Below, piece by piece: positions 38,808-48,734 of a stretch of 64,000 nucleotides of DNA. A model generated the notes under the pieces. It was not told where the DNA came from. It was given only the letters and a program-made list of their open reading frames with translations, and did no database searches. Source of the stretch: Octopus sinensis (taxonomy: Eukaryota); assembly GCF_006345805.1 (NCBI RefSeq), contig NC_043003.1, positions 50,158,001 through 50,222,000 of the forward strand, in the 5' to 3' direction. A program made the translations under genes and the position numbers. How positions within the stretch are numbered: position 1 is the first letter of the stretch; every line of letters begins with the position of its first letter.

Positions 38808-39115
38808 GGAGGCACATGGCCTAGTGGTTAGAGCAGAGGACACGCGTTCAAGGGATCACGGGTTCGAATCTCAGACCGGGCGATGTGTGTGTTTATGAGC
38901 GAAACACCTAAGCCCCACGCGGCTCCGGCAGAAAGTAATGGCGAACTTCTGTTGACTCTTTCATCGCAACTTTCTCTCATTCTTTCCTCCCACATCTTGC
39001 AGCTCACCTGCGACAGACCAGCGTCCCGTCCAGGTGGGGAACCTATACGCCAAGGAAACCGGGAAACCGGCCCTTATGAGCCAGGTGTGGCTCAAGAAGG
39101 AACAAACAAAAACAA
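38808..39115 (+). mobile_element. SINE with family-3-like head/centre and V-domain-like 3' part
   Basis: A box tggcctagtgg, B box ggttcgaatct. 3' gcgtcccgtccagg...gaaaccgggaaaccggccc...atgagcc, tail (aac)n-like. Confidence 0.85.
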
Positions 39116-40002
39116 TTTTTTACGTTTACTATTAACACTTAGGATGCTGGCTACAAAAATCCGTAGATGATCAGACTAAATGACTTTCAGGTCCCGAGAT
39201 AATACGGGTAAAAAAATCCCCGTTTTTCATCCTTCAAACGACCATGAAATGTTGTTAATTTTTTATTTGTCTAATCCAGTTAATGAAACGTAACTCGAAA
39301 TGTTCACGCCAAGTCTTTGACTGTACATGCATCCAACGATAGATAATGACGTAACATAATTTGGTCAGGATGCATCGCCAGGTTGTATGCATTTAATCCA
39401 TTGTTAAGGAGCAAACTCCCTTCTGTGAGAAAAAGGGTGTGAAAGAAAGAGATAGAGAAGAAAGGAAATGAAAGGAAAGGAGGAAAAAGTAAAATATTTT
39501 GGAGGAAGTACTGAAAGAGTATGAAGAGGGAATCCTGTAGGTGCAAAGATATGTATATGGAGATTCTCGGTTACTGACTCCCGGGCGGAGATAAAACCCA
39601 GATTTACTCGGTTTATAGATAACATGTATACGGAACGGAAATGTGCATTGGGGTTTATAAATAACTTAACTATTCCAGTGGTTCGCAAACTAAGAAATCC
39701 CAACACCAACAACAGCCCCAAATATTAGTGAAATGTTTTATTTCCCACTTTTTTGCTAATCAGAAGAAAAGTCTTTGCACCTTTGTAATCGTTTTGGCCT
39801 TAGACTACATTAAAACCATTTTCAGTTTATTGAAAATGGGGATAAGGCCAATATGACCGCCCCCTTTCAATCATCTCAGCTCCCGCCCGTACAGAAATAC
39901 TGGGGGATGGAGAGTGCTTAGAGAGGGCGTGATTGTTCTTAGAAATTTTCTTAGAAATATTTTTTGAATTGATTTCTTTTTAAATTTTGAAGGCTGCTAA
40001 AT

Positions 40003-40617
40003 ATTCTTTTCTACTCTAGGCACAAAGCCGGAAATTTTGGAGGAGGGGGCAGTCAATTAGATCGACACCAGTACGCAACTGGTACTTATCGACCCCGAAA
40101 AGATAGAAGGCAAAGTCGACCTCGGCGGAACTTTGAACTCAGAACGTAAAGACGTACGAAATACCGCGAAGCATTTTGCCCGGCGTGCTAACGTTTCTTA
40201 TTTCTTTATTGCCCACAAGGGGCTAAACACAGAGAGGACAAACAAGGACTAGCAAACAGATTAAGTCGATTACATCGACCCCAGTGCATAACTGGTACTT
40301 AATTTATCGACCCCGAAAGGATGAAAGGCAAAGTCGACCTCGGCGGAATTTGAACTCAGAACGTAGCGGCAGACGAAATACCTATTTCTTTATTACCCAC
40401 AAGGGGCTAAACGCAGAGGGGATAAACAAGGACAGACATAGGTATTAATACGATTACATCGACTCTAGTGCGTAACTGGTACTCAATTTATCGACCCCGA
40501 AAGGATGAAGGGCAAAGACGACCTCGACGGAATTTGAACTGAGAACGTAACAGCAGACGAAATACCGCTAAGCCTTTCGCCCAGCGTGCTAACACTTGTG
40601 CCAGCTCGCCGCCTTAA
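40003..40617 (-). mobile_element. Head-to-tail SINE-2 trimer (two tail-B units plus one standard-tail unit)
   Basis: One full head at 40617 and junctions at about 40382 and 40198. Confidence 0.9.
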
Positions 40618-40629
40618 AAGAATTTCATA

Positions 40630-40775
40630 TTCTTTTCTACTCTAGGCACACGGCCCGATGTTTTTGGAGATGGGGGCCAGTCGATTAGATAGACACCATT
40701 ATGCAACTGGTACTTAATTTATCGTTCCCTAAAAGATGAAAGGCAAAGTCGACCTCGGCGGAATTTGAAGACAGC
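40630..40775 (-). mobile_element. SINE family 2, 3' part
   Basis: Standard tail atattcttttctactctaggcac plus central domain. Confidence 0.8.
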
Positions 40776-40964
40776 TAAATATTGATGTATATGTTTGTGC
40801 GCGCGTGATTTGCGAACACTTGCAATATCTTATTAGTTTTATTTTAAATCTTAATTTGTAATGTTGCCCTCGGTTCTAATTTCGTTTTTGTTTACAGGCA
40901 CTAATACTATTAATTTAGTTTTAAATCTTGCTATAATTACTGCTCTTCTGTTATTATATTCAGC

Positions 40965-41290
40965 GAGGCATGGCTGTGTGGCTAAGAAGTTCGCATTGCA
41001 ACTATGTGGGTTTTGAAATCAGTCTCACTGTATAGCACCTTAGGCAAGTGTCTTCTACTGTAGCCCCAGGTTCACCAATGCCTTGCGAATGCATTTGTGT
41101 GTGCGTGTGCTCCGTACCACATAACCGGTGTTGGTCTTTTTATCCCCCCCCCACCCCGTCACATAGCTGTTCGCTAAAAAAAAAAGAGAAACAGATCAAA
41201 ATTGGATAGTACTGGGGTCAATTTGTTCGACTAACCTTTAAAGATCGTGCCTGGCATGGTCATAGTTCAATGACTGAAGCAAGTGAAAGA
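40965..41290 (+). mobile_element. Older diverged SINE family 1 relative
   Basis: gcatggctgtgtggctaagaag head, accttaggcaagtgtcttctac motif, tail catggtcatagttcaatgactgaagc. Confidence 0.7.
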
Positions 41291-41302
41291 TGTAAAAATA
41301 TA

Positions 41303-41687
41303 TTTATTTCTTTATTGCCCACAGGGGGCTAAACATAGAGGGGACAAACAAGGACTGACAAAGAGATTAAGTCGATTATATCGACCCCAGCGCGTAACTG
41401 GTACTTAATTTATCGACTCCGAAAGGATGAAAGGCAAAGTCGACATCGGCGGAATTTGAACTCAGAACGTAACGGCAGACGAAATACCTATTTCTTTACT
41501 ACCCACAAGGGGCTAAACACTGAGAGGACAAACAAGGATAGACAAACGGATTAAGTCGACCCCAGTGCGTAACTGGTACTTATTTAATTGACTCCGAAAG
41601 GATGAAAGGCAAAGTTGACCTCGGCGGAAATTGAACTCAGAACGTAACGGCAGACGAAATACAGCTACGCAGTTCGCCCGGTGTGCT
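41303..41687 (-). mobile_element. Tail-B SINE-2 dimer with 16-bp TSD
   Basis: Flanked by aagatgtaaaaatata (41287-41302 and 41688-41703). Confidence 0.9.
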
Positions 41688-42114
41688 AAGATGTAAAAAT
41701 ATAAAAGAGGGAAAACATGTGGAGGAGTATTTGTAAAACGTCATTGGGTGAACTGGGGCGCTGAACCTCGAAGGTTTGTGAACCACTCCTTTATGCAGTC
41801 AGTCGCTTGGCTTATTAGAAATAACAGCCAAGTTTTCCTCATCTCATACTTACTCTACCGTCCTAATAAAGGTGAACACACAGGTATAATGCCGTCCCTG
41901 GTATATAAACTAAGCATGATGGTGACATATGGAGCATTGCCGATCATAGGTGTCGTCGATCAGGCTTGACCGCCGACATAATATCCACGACGGTAATGAC
42001 AATATACAATATTTCCCGGTATACAAAGCGACGCAGTTAATAATAGAACAAACATAATATAAATATTCGATCATTGTCACTATCTTTCCAAATTCTGCTG
42101 CATTCTATATATGA

Positions 42115-42478
42115 CTAGCACTATGACCCGGCAACGCCGGGTCATAGTGCTAGTGCATGCATATACAGCTGCGTGCGTGCACACATACGCGCGAGTACTG
42201 CCCAAATCTCCGACCAATCACGTACAGCTAGCTGGCATTCAATTGGCGTATCAAGTTTCGGGCATTTTGATCGGGTTTTGGATAGAAAATTCACAAAAAA
42301 GTAACTTCTATTGATTTTTTAATGGCTTTGCGGGGTGAGTGGGGAAAAGTAAAGATGTGCAGGACCACCCTTGAACGGTTTTGAATGACCATTGAAAGTG
42401 CGAGCCCTCTAACTGAAAAATTGTGGATTTGTATAAAGGACACACACACAGACATTTTGCCGTTTATATATATAGAGA
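42115..42478 (-). mobile_element. Non-autonomous Helitron
   Basis: A|TCTCTATATATATAAACGGC 5' end, 3' hairpin gacccggcgttgccgggtc plus CTAG|T, no TSD. Confidence 0.88.
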
Positions 42479-42563
42479 TAATATTTGCATACTGAAAAAC
42501 TAAAGAAAAGTAACGCAACTCTCTCTTTCTCCCCTTTTGGGTAAATTATGTTGATGTTGACTG

Positions 42564-42738
42564 GTAACTTCTATTGATTTTTTAATGGCTTTGCGGGGTG
42601 AGTGGGGAAAAGTAAAGATGTGCAAGAACACCTTTGGACGGTTTTGAATGACCATAGAAAGTGCGAGCCCTCTAACTGAAAAATTGCGGATTTGTATAAA
42701 GGACACGCACGCAGACATTTTGCCGTTTAAATATAGAG
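42564..42738 (-). mobile_element. Second copy of the same Helitron 5' end
   Basis: ~175-bp direct repeat of 42301-42478. Confidence 0.85.
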
Positions 42739-42744
42739 TGATAG

Positions 42745-43155
42745 TGTAGCGTACGCTAAGTGACATTCTACGGTTGTGTCGTCTTTCTTTTCCTACTGTA
42801 AGCGCCCGTGCAGTGTATTAAAGGAATCATTCATTCGTCACCTCTCCTTCGCACGGTCGTTCTACAATTTTGGTGACCCCAACGTGGTGCCAAACACGCA
42901 GCCAGCCTTACGTTCTCACAGACGTCTACAATTTTGGTGACCCAGTGCCAGCTTAATGACCAACCGCTCTAATTTCACCTCTTCGCTACAGATATGTCTA
43001 CCTTTATTATCGTCTCTTTTGTCTTCTACAAAATAACTAGTAGAGGGCTATCTGTAGCGTACGCCTAGTGACATTTTACGGTTGTTCGTCTTTCTTTTCC
43101 TACTTGTACTCATTTATCCATTTTCGATTTTATTGTAAGCGACCGTGCGGTGTAT
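42745..43155 (+). mobile_element. Miniature LTR retrotransposon remnant (TRIM-like)
   Basis: LTR1 TGTAGCG...CTACA (42745-42866), then PBS TGGTGACCCCAACGTG (42871-42886). LTR2 starts TGTAGCG at 43053 after a weak purine tract and is cut by a MITE. Confidence 0.75.
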
Positions 43156-43581
43156 GGATCTTTTTGGTTTGAACGGCAGTTTTTTCTAGCGGTGTCATAT
43201 GAAATTGTTACCCATAATTATGACCCTAGTATCGATCTGTTGCATTTCAATCTGTTTTAGGGTTAGGGTTAGCTAGGGCTAGGGGTGGGGAGAAGGGTAT
43301 CTTTTTTTCTACAGAAATGTAAATAAACCCAATCTGTTTCTTAAACGAGGGACATATTCATACGGCACAGAATGTTTTCACCTCAATAGACGTCATTGAT
43401 TGGTTGAAATTGCAGAAATTGAAGAAAAAAACAACAAATATCTTACAAACTATAGAATTTTCTCAAAAAAGCCAAGAGAAAAAGATGTTTTATAAACACA
43501 TTCTACCAGTATACGAAGTTTAAAAGTGTTTAGTTACGTGGAAATTATTTTAAAAAACTGCCGTTCAAACCGAAAAGATCC
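43156..43581. mobile_element. Unclassified MITE with 29-bp TIRs and internal (TTAGGG)-like repeat
   Basis: ggatctttttggtttgaacggcagttttt ... aaaaactgccgttcaaaccgaaaagatcc (one mismatch). No clear TSD. Confidence 0.88.
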
Positions 43582-44174
43582 TTCGACTTGTATGTCGAAA
43601 AAATGCGGTAGTTTCATTTCTATTTTTTAATTAATTTTTTTTTTATTTATTTCGTCTGATTGCAGGAATAGAATGCTTGGAAAGCTAGAACGAAAGACTG
43701 AAAAATAAAATTGTATTTTAAAACTAAAAATTATAAATTAGATTAAATACATAAGTTAGGGTTAGCTGTGCTGGTTCGAATTACATTAAATGAAATGGCG
43801 AATGTAGGTCGATATAATAACCTAATATATAAATCGCTGGAATTCGAGGCGACAAGCGGTGGTCTAAGTCGACAAAATGTTAATTTACTAACGATTAAAA
43901 CAGCGTGGGATGTTGATATGACCATGAGAAGAAAATCTGTAAGAAACAAAATGGGTGGTCTAACTTTACCTTTTTATATATGTATATATTTCTGTCCCCT
44001 TCCTATTTATCTTAATCATGTATTCTCTCTCTCTCCCTTTCTCTCTCTCTCCCTCCCCCTTTCTCTCATTCTTTCTCGTATTCATTTGCCTTATATTGTA
44101 TTTCTCATTTCTCTCAAATATTCTCTTTTTCTCTTTTAAACATTCTCTCTCTCTCTCTTTATATTTCTCTTTCT

Positions 44175-44376
44175 TATTTCTTTATAGCCCACAAGGGGCT
44201 AAACACAGAGGGGACAAACATGGACAGACAAGGCGATTAAGTCGATTACATCGACCCCAGTACTTACTTTATCGACCTCGAAAGGATGAAAAGCAAAGTC
44301 GACCTCAACGGAATTTGAACTCAAGACATAACGGCAGACCAAATGCCGCTAAGCACTTCGCCCGGCGTGCTAACTT
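44175..44376 (-). mobile_element. Tail-B SINE-2 monomer, 5'-truncated, 19-bp TSD
   Basis: Flanked by tctttatatttctctttct (44156-44174 and 44377-44395). Confidence 0.88.
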
Positions 44377-44443
44377 TCTTTATATTTCTCTTTCTCTTTC
44401 TCGTTCTCTTTCTTTGTATATATACACGCATGTGCGCACGCAT

Positions 44444-44492
<49 letters not shown>

Positions 44493-44547
44493 ACACACAC
44501 ACACACACTCTCAGATCTTATGTTCAGTTTCCTGACAATGTGTGACA

Positions 44548-44731
44548 GGCGCGGACGTGGCTATGTAGTAAGAAGTTTGTTTCCCAACCACATGGCTCTG
44601 GGTTCAGTGCCACTGCATGGCACTTTGGGCAAGTGTCTTCTGCTATAGCCCGAATAAAACCTAATAGGTGGATTTGGTAGACGAAAACTGAATATATACA
44701 AAGGTGTATGTATGTATGTATCTCTCTCTCC

Positions 44732-44762
<31 letters not shown>

Positions 44763-45033
44763 CGTTGCTATTATGTTAAACTGTCGAATGTCCAAATTTG
44801 GCCAAATGCGCTTTTCTCAATATTTGTCTTTGCTTGCAATAGCTGGTTCTTTTGATCAAACTATCGTACCTCCAGCTGCTTCTGATGCCAAGATAGCAAA
44901 AATTGTCAATGTGTAGTGCAACTGTTTTGCTATGGAATGGCGAAACTATTTTCTAAAAAAACAAAAAAAAAACCCCTTTTGGATTTACGACACTTTTGCT
45001 TAATAGGAACGATATATAAATATATGTGCATTC

Positions 45034-45087
<54 letters not shown>

Positions 45088-45345
45088 TGTGTGTGTGTAT
45101 AACATGCATGTGTGTGTATGTGCCTTTCTGTCAGTGTTTCTACCTACCACCAACAATTGAAAAGCGGCGTTGGCACGTTTACTTTCCCGTAACCTAGCGA
45201 GACCGATAGAATTACTATCAGGCTGTAAAAATAAAAAGTAATGTACTAGTGTCGATTCATTCAACTAAAAATTCTCCAATGCGTCACCCCAGCATGGCCG
45301 CAGTCTAATGACTGAAACAAATAAATCATAAAAGACAAAAGATAA
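44548..45345 (+). mobile_element. Diverged SINE family 1 halves (44548-44700 and 45120-45345) separated by microsatellites and unrelated DNA
   Basis: Head and CORE-like motif on the left; ttcccgtaacctagcg...ccccagcatggccgcagtctaatgactgaaac tail on the right. Confidence 0.65.
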
Positions 45346-45730
45346 GAGAGTTCACGAGCAATCGATACGTCTTCGGTTTTTCCATATCTCATGAAGTCGA
45401 TCGATGGAGTTCTGATCTTGTATCGGAATATAATACCATTTCCGTTAACTCGATTATTGCATTCCATATTACTTAAAGAAGAAACCTGTGAATATCGCAA
45501 ATCAAATCTGTCGTATATATTTTGATATCAATACAACTGACCATGTTAATCAACTACATATATCTCTAGCCAGGTATTGCCGTGTGGTTAGCAATTTCGC
45601 TTTGCTACCACGTGGTTTTGAGCTCGCCCCCATTGCGCAGCACTTTTGGTAAGTGACTTTTACCATAACGTCAGACCGACCAATGCCGTGTGAATGCGTT
45701 TGGTAGGCGAAGACTGCATGGAAGCCCGTC

Positions 45731-45770
<40 letters not shown>

Positions 45771-45782
45771 TTATATATATAT

Positions 45783-46153
45783 ATACGAGCAAAACGCCCA
45801 ATTGATGGTGCTGAGCTGTCGAACATTTAAACCAAACTTTCTCAAAACAACTTGTCCGACCGTCCCATAGGCCTCCCCTTTGAGAAACACTGATTTAACC
45901 TAAATTTGAGACACCGTGCATTTTTCTCGCGTACGCGTAGTATCGATCGCAACAGCTGATGTGCTTGCGCGTACAAATACATGTTCCCACGGCTTTATCG
46001 ATCGCGTTCTCACCTGGAATCGATTAAAAAATTTTTTTCAAGACTTATGCACGCCCTGATACCATCGATATCTACACATCATTTTTGAGCGCAATTGGAT
46101 GGAGAATGCCCGAAATCCTAGAAGACACACATACAGACAGACAGAACGGATTT

Positions 46154-46160
<7 letters not shown>
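45783..46160 (-). mobile_element. Probable non-autonomous Helitron (degenerate)
   Basis: Minus-strand start tatataaaatccgttctgtctgtctgtatgtgtg resembles the other Helitron 5' ends. The 3' hairpin and CTAG are decayed. Confidence 0.5.
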
Positions 46161-46221
<61 letters not shown>

Positions 46222-46224
<3 letters not shown>

Positions 46225-46790
46225 GGTGATTGAAAAGTAATTCCATATTTTAAAATAATTATAAGTTATTTATTAATAGTAATTCTTTCCTAAAATTTTT
46301 TGTGTTGTTTCTTGAAGTATGAGAATTTAATCCGTAATCGTATTGTTCTTGTCGTTCGTAAATCGCTGAATGCCTAGTTCCCCGGAGATAGATGGGCCGC
46401 CGTGAACTTCTTAACCACACGGCTATACTTAGCTATACCGTGGTCCGCATGAGTAGCCAACCAGAAGTCCCGACTTAACACATCGTGGCTTCTTTCTTTG
46501 GGCTTGGTTAAAGGAACAAGTCTGCTATACCAAGTCAAAAACTTTGGAAGAACTTGAAGGGCGAATGCGAGAAGTTATGTCTTCTTCTATCGTATAAGAG
46601 ATTCTGTTGAAATCAATTGACGCAATTCCTGGGCGACTCAAGAATCTGGTGGCGACATCTGGAGCCCATATCGAATTTTAAAGAAAGCCTTTTGCTAAAA
46701 GCTTCCCTCAAATATCCATTTTTGTTTTGTAAAAATTACAATTGATAAACAATTTATAAGTATTTCAAAATTGTGAGCTAGTTTACAATA
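46222..46790 (+). pseudogene. Tc1/mariner-superfamily transposase C-terminal remnant
   Basis: VRKSLNA*FPG.....PTRSPDLT...FFLWGLVKEQVCYTKSKTLEELEGRMREV...KSIDAIPGRLKNLVATSGAHIEF* (46330-46685). Left end ta|cacagggtg is TIR-like. Confidence 0.8.
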
Positions 46791-46826
<36 letters not shown>

Positions 46827-47103
46827 TATTCTATATATATATCTATTATAGTATATATATATATATATATATATTAATATATATATATACAACTTATAAA
46901 CAAAGGCAAAAGAAAATTATTTATAAAATTGTTTTTAAGTTGTTTATAATTTTAACCTTAAAATATGCTGCCACTTTTTTGATGAAATTTTTTTCTGTAA
47001 AAAAACTTCATCCTATATTAGTAGTATATACATACATATATAAACATGCATACATACACGAGTGAGTGGAGAAAGGAGAGAAAGGGCAATCCGCACATTT
47101 ATT

Positions 47104-47280
47104 GGATCAGAACAGTTTAATTCAAATTCCGTGCTGCTTAAAGTTTCAAAGCCCCTAATTAGAAATTCGGGTCACTGGAAATTCAAGCTGACAAGTCAAC
47201 TTGATTCGAATTTCCATTGGTCCGATGATGAGGCCTTTGAAACTTTAAGTAGCACGGAATCTGAATCAAACTGTTCTGAT

Positions 47281-47282
<2 letters not shown>
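47104..47282. mobile_element. Fold-back MITE, ~50-bp TIRs
   Basis: ggatcagaacagtttaattcaaattccgtgctgcttaaagtttcaaag versus the reverse complement of ctttgaaactttaagtagcacggaatctgaatcaaactgttctgatcc (few mismatches). Confidence 0.85.
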
Positions 47283-47324
<42 letters not shown>

Positions 47325-47962
47325 TATATATACAATTGCAGCGTGGAAGGTGTTTATAAGCCATTTAAGAAACACACAAAACCATTAGATTCACTTCAAC
47401 ATTTAAATTTTATTTGTCAAAATATTTCCGTCGCTTTGAGACCGCGACCTGTTACTGACAAAACTTCGACGCATATTCTTTTATTCTTCTACTTGTTTCA
47501 GTTATTTGATTGCGGCCATACTGGAGTACCAGCATGGCTGCACCAATGTGTGTGTGTGTGTGTCTGTGTTCGTCCCCCCCCAACACTGCTTGACAACCGG
47601 TGACGATTTATTTACATCTCTGTATCTTAGTTGTTCAGCCAAAGAAACTGATAGAATAAGAGGCTTAAAAAAAAATACTGGAGTGAATTAGTTAACTACA
47701 CGATACCAGACGGTGCTTCAGCATAACCGTAGTCCAATGATTGAAACAATTAAAAGGTAAAAGATTAAACGCTATATATGAGGAATTCTATAATCTTATA
47801 AAAGAATACTTTAAGAGAGTCCTAAATACACTGTATCTGAAAATAAAAGATGGGATGATCACAGCAGTAATTAGAAAGGATGCCAGTCTTAACGAGGAAG
47901 CTCGTCAAAAAACAACCCGTTTCTGGAATTGTTGTGGACAGTGTGTATGTGTTTGTGTGTGT

Positions 47963-48017
<55 letters not shown>

Positions 48018-48734
48018 TGTAACTAATGAGCGTGTTGAATACAGGTATCGATGAAAACAGCGTCCTACTTTAGTCAGTGAATTTTGTTATACTTCGAGAA
48101 TATTCTATCATGCTGTCCAACATGGCTAGGCATGGAAGTGGATTATAATGGCTGGAAAATCTTTGATATGTCAGCTCCATCAGAGCTGATCGGGGGAAAA
48201 TAAACAACAACAACAACAATAACAACAACAACAACAACAACAACAAAAAACAACTACTACTGCTACTACAAACGAGTCATCGAGAAACAGGCGACTTGGT
48301 AAAAAATAGATGTCAAAACCTCTCAAATCACACCCTACACTCTTATAAAATTTAGAACATATTAACCAATGTGGACGTAGATATAATGGAAAATGTGAGT
48401 CGGTGACCTGCTTTGCTGGAAGGCATTTGGTATATTGATAAGTCTCTTCAATCAGTCAACATAGAGCTCAAGATTAACAACAGTAACTACTATAAACGAT
48501 AAATTGTTTGGATGAAAATGCCGGTTACAGATCTATAGATTTTAAATACCGGATTTATCTAGCAAAAATAAGTACCGTTGATAAACCAGCAATAATTTCG
48601 ATAGGAATATTTGTGCTTTATATACTGAATACTTGGGAAGGCCAACATGTGTCCAGAGTAGTGTTGGTATAATTATAACTAGCGGGAGTCATAGAAATTC
48701 ACGTTTTATAAATGTTCTTATTTTTGTATTCAGA

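Noticed and set aside
40003-41690. CRISPR-like or satellite array
   Set aside because: The units are ~185-bp SINE bodies with no unique spacers, in a eukaryotic context.
43257-43272. Interstitial telomere
   Set aside because: Under three TTAGGG units, and internal to a MITE.
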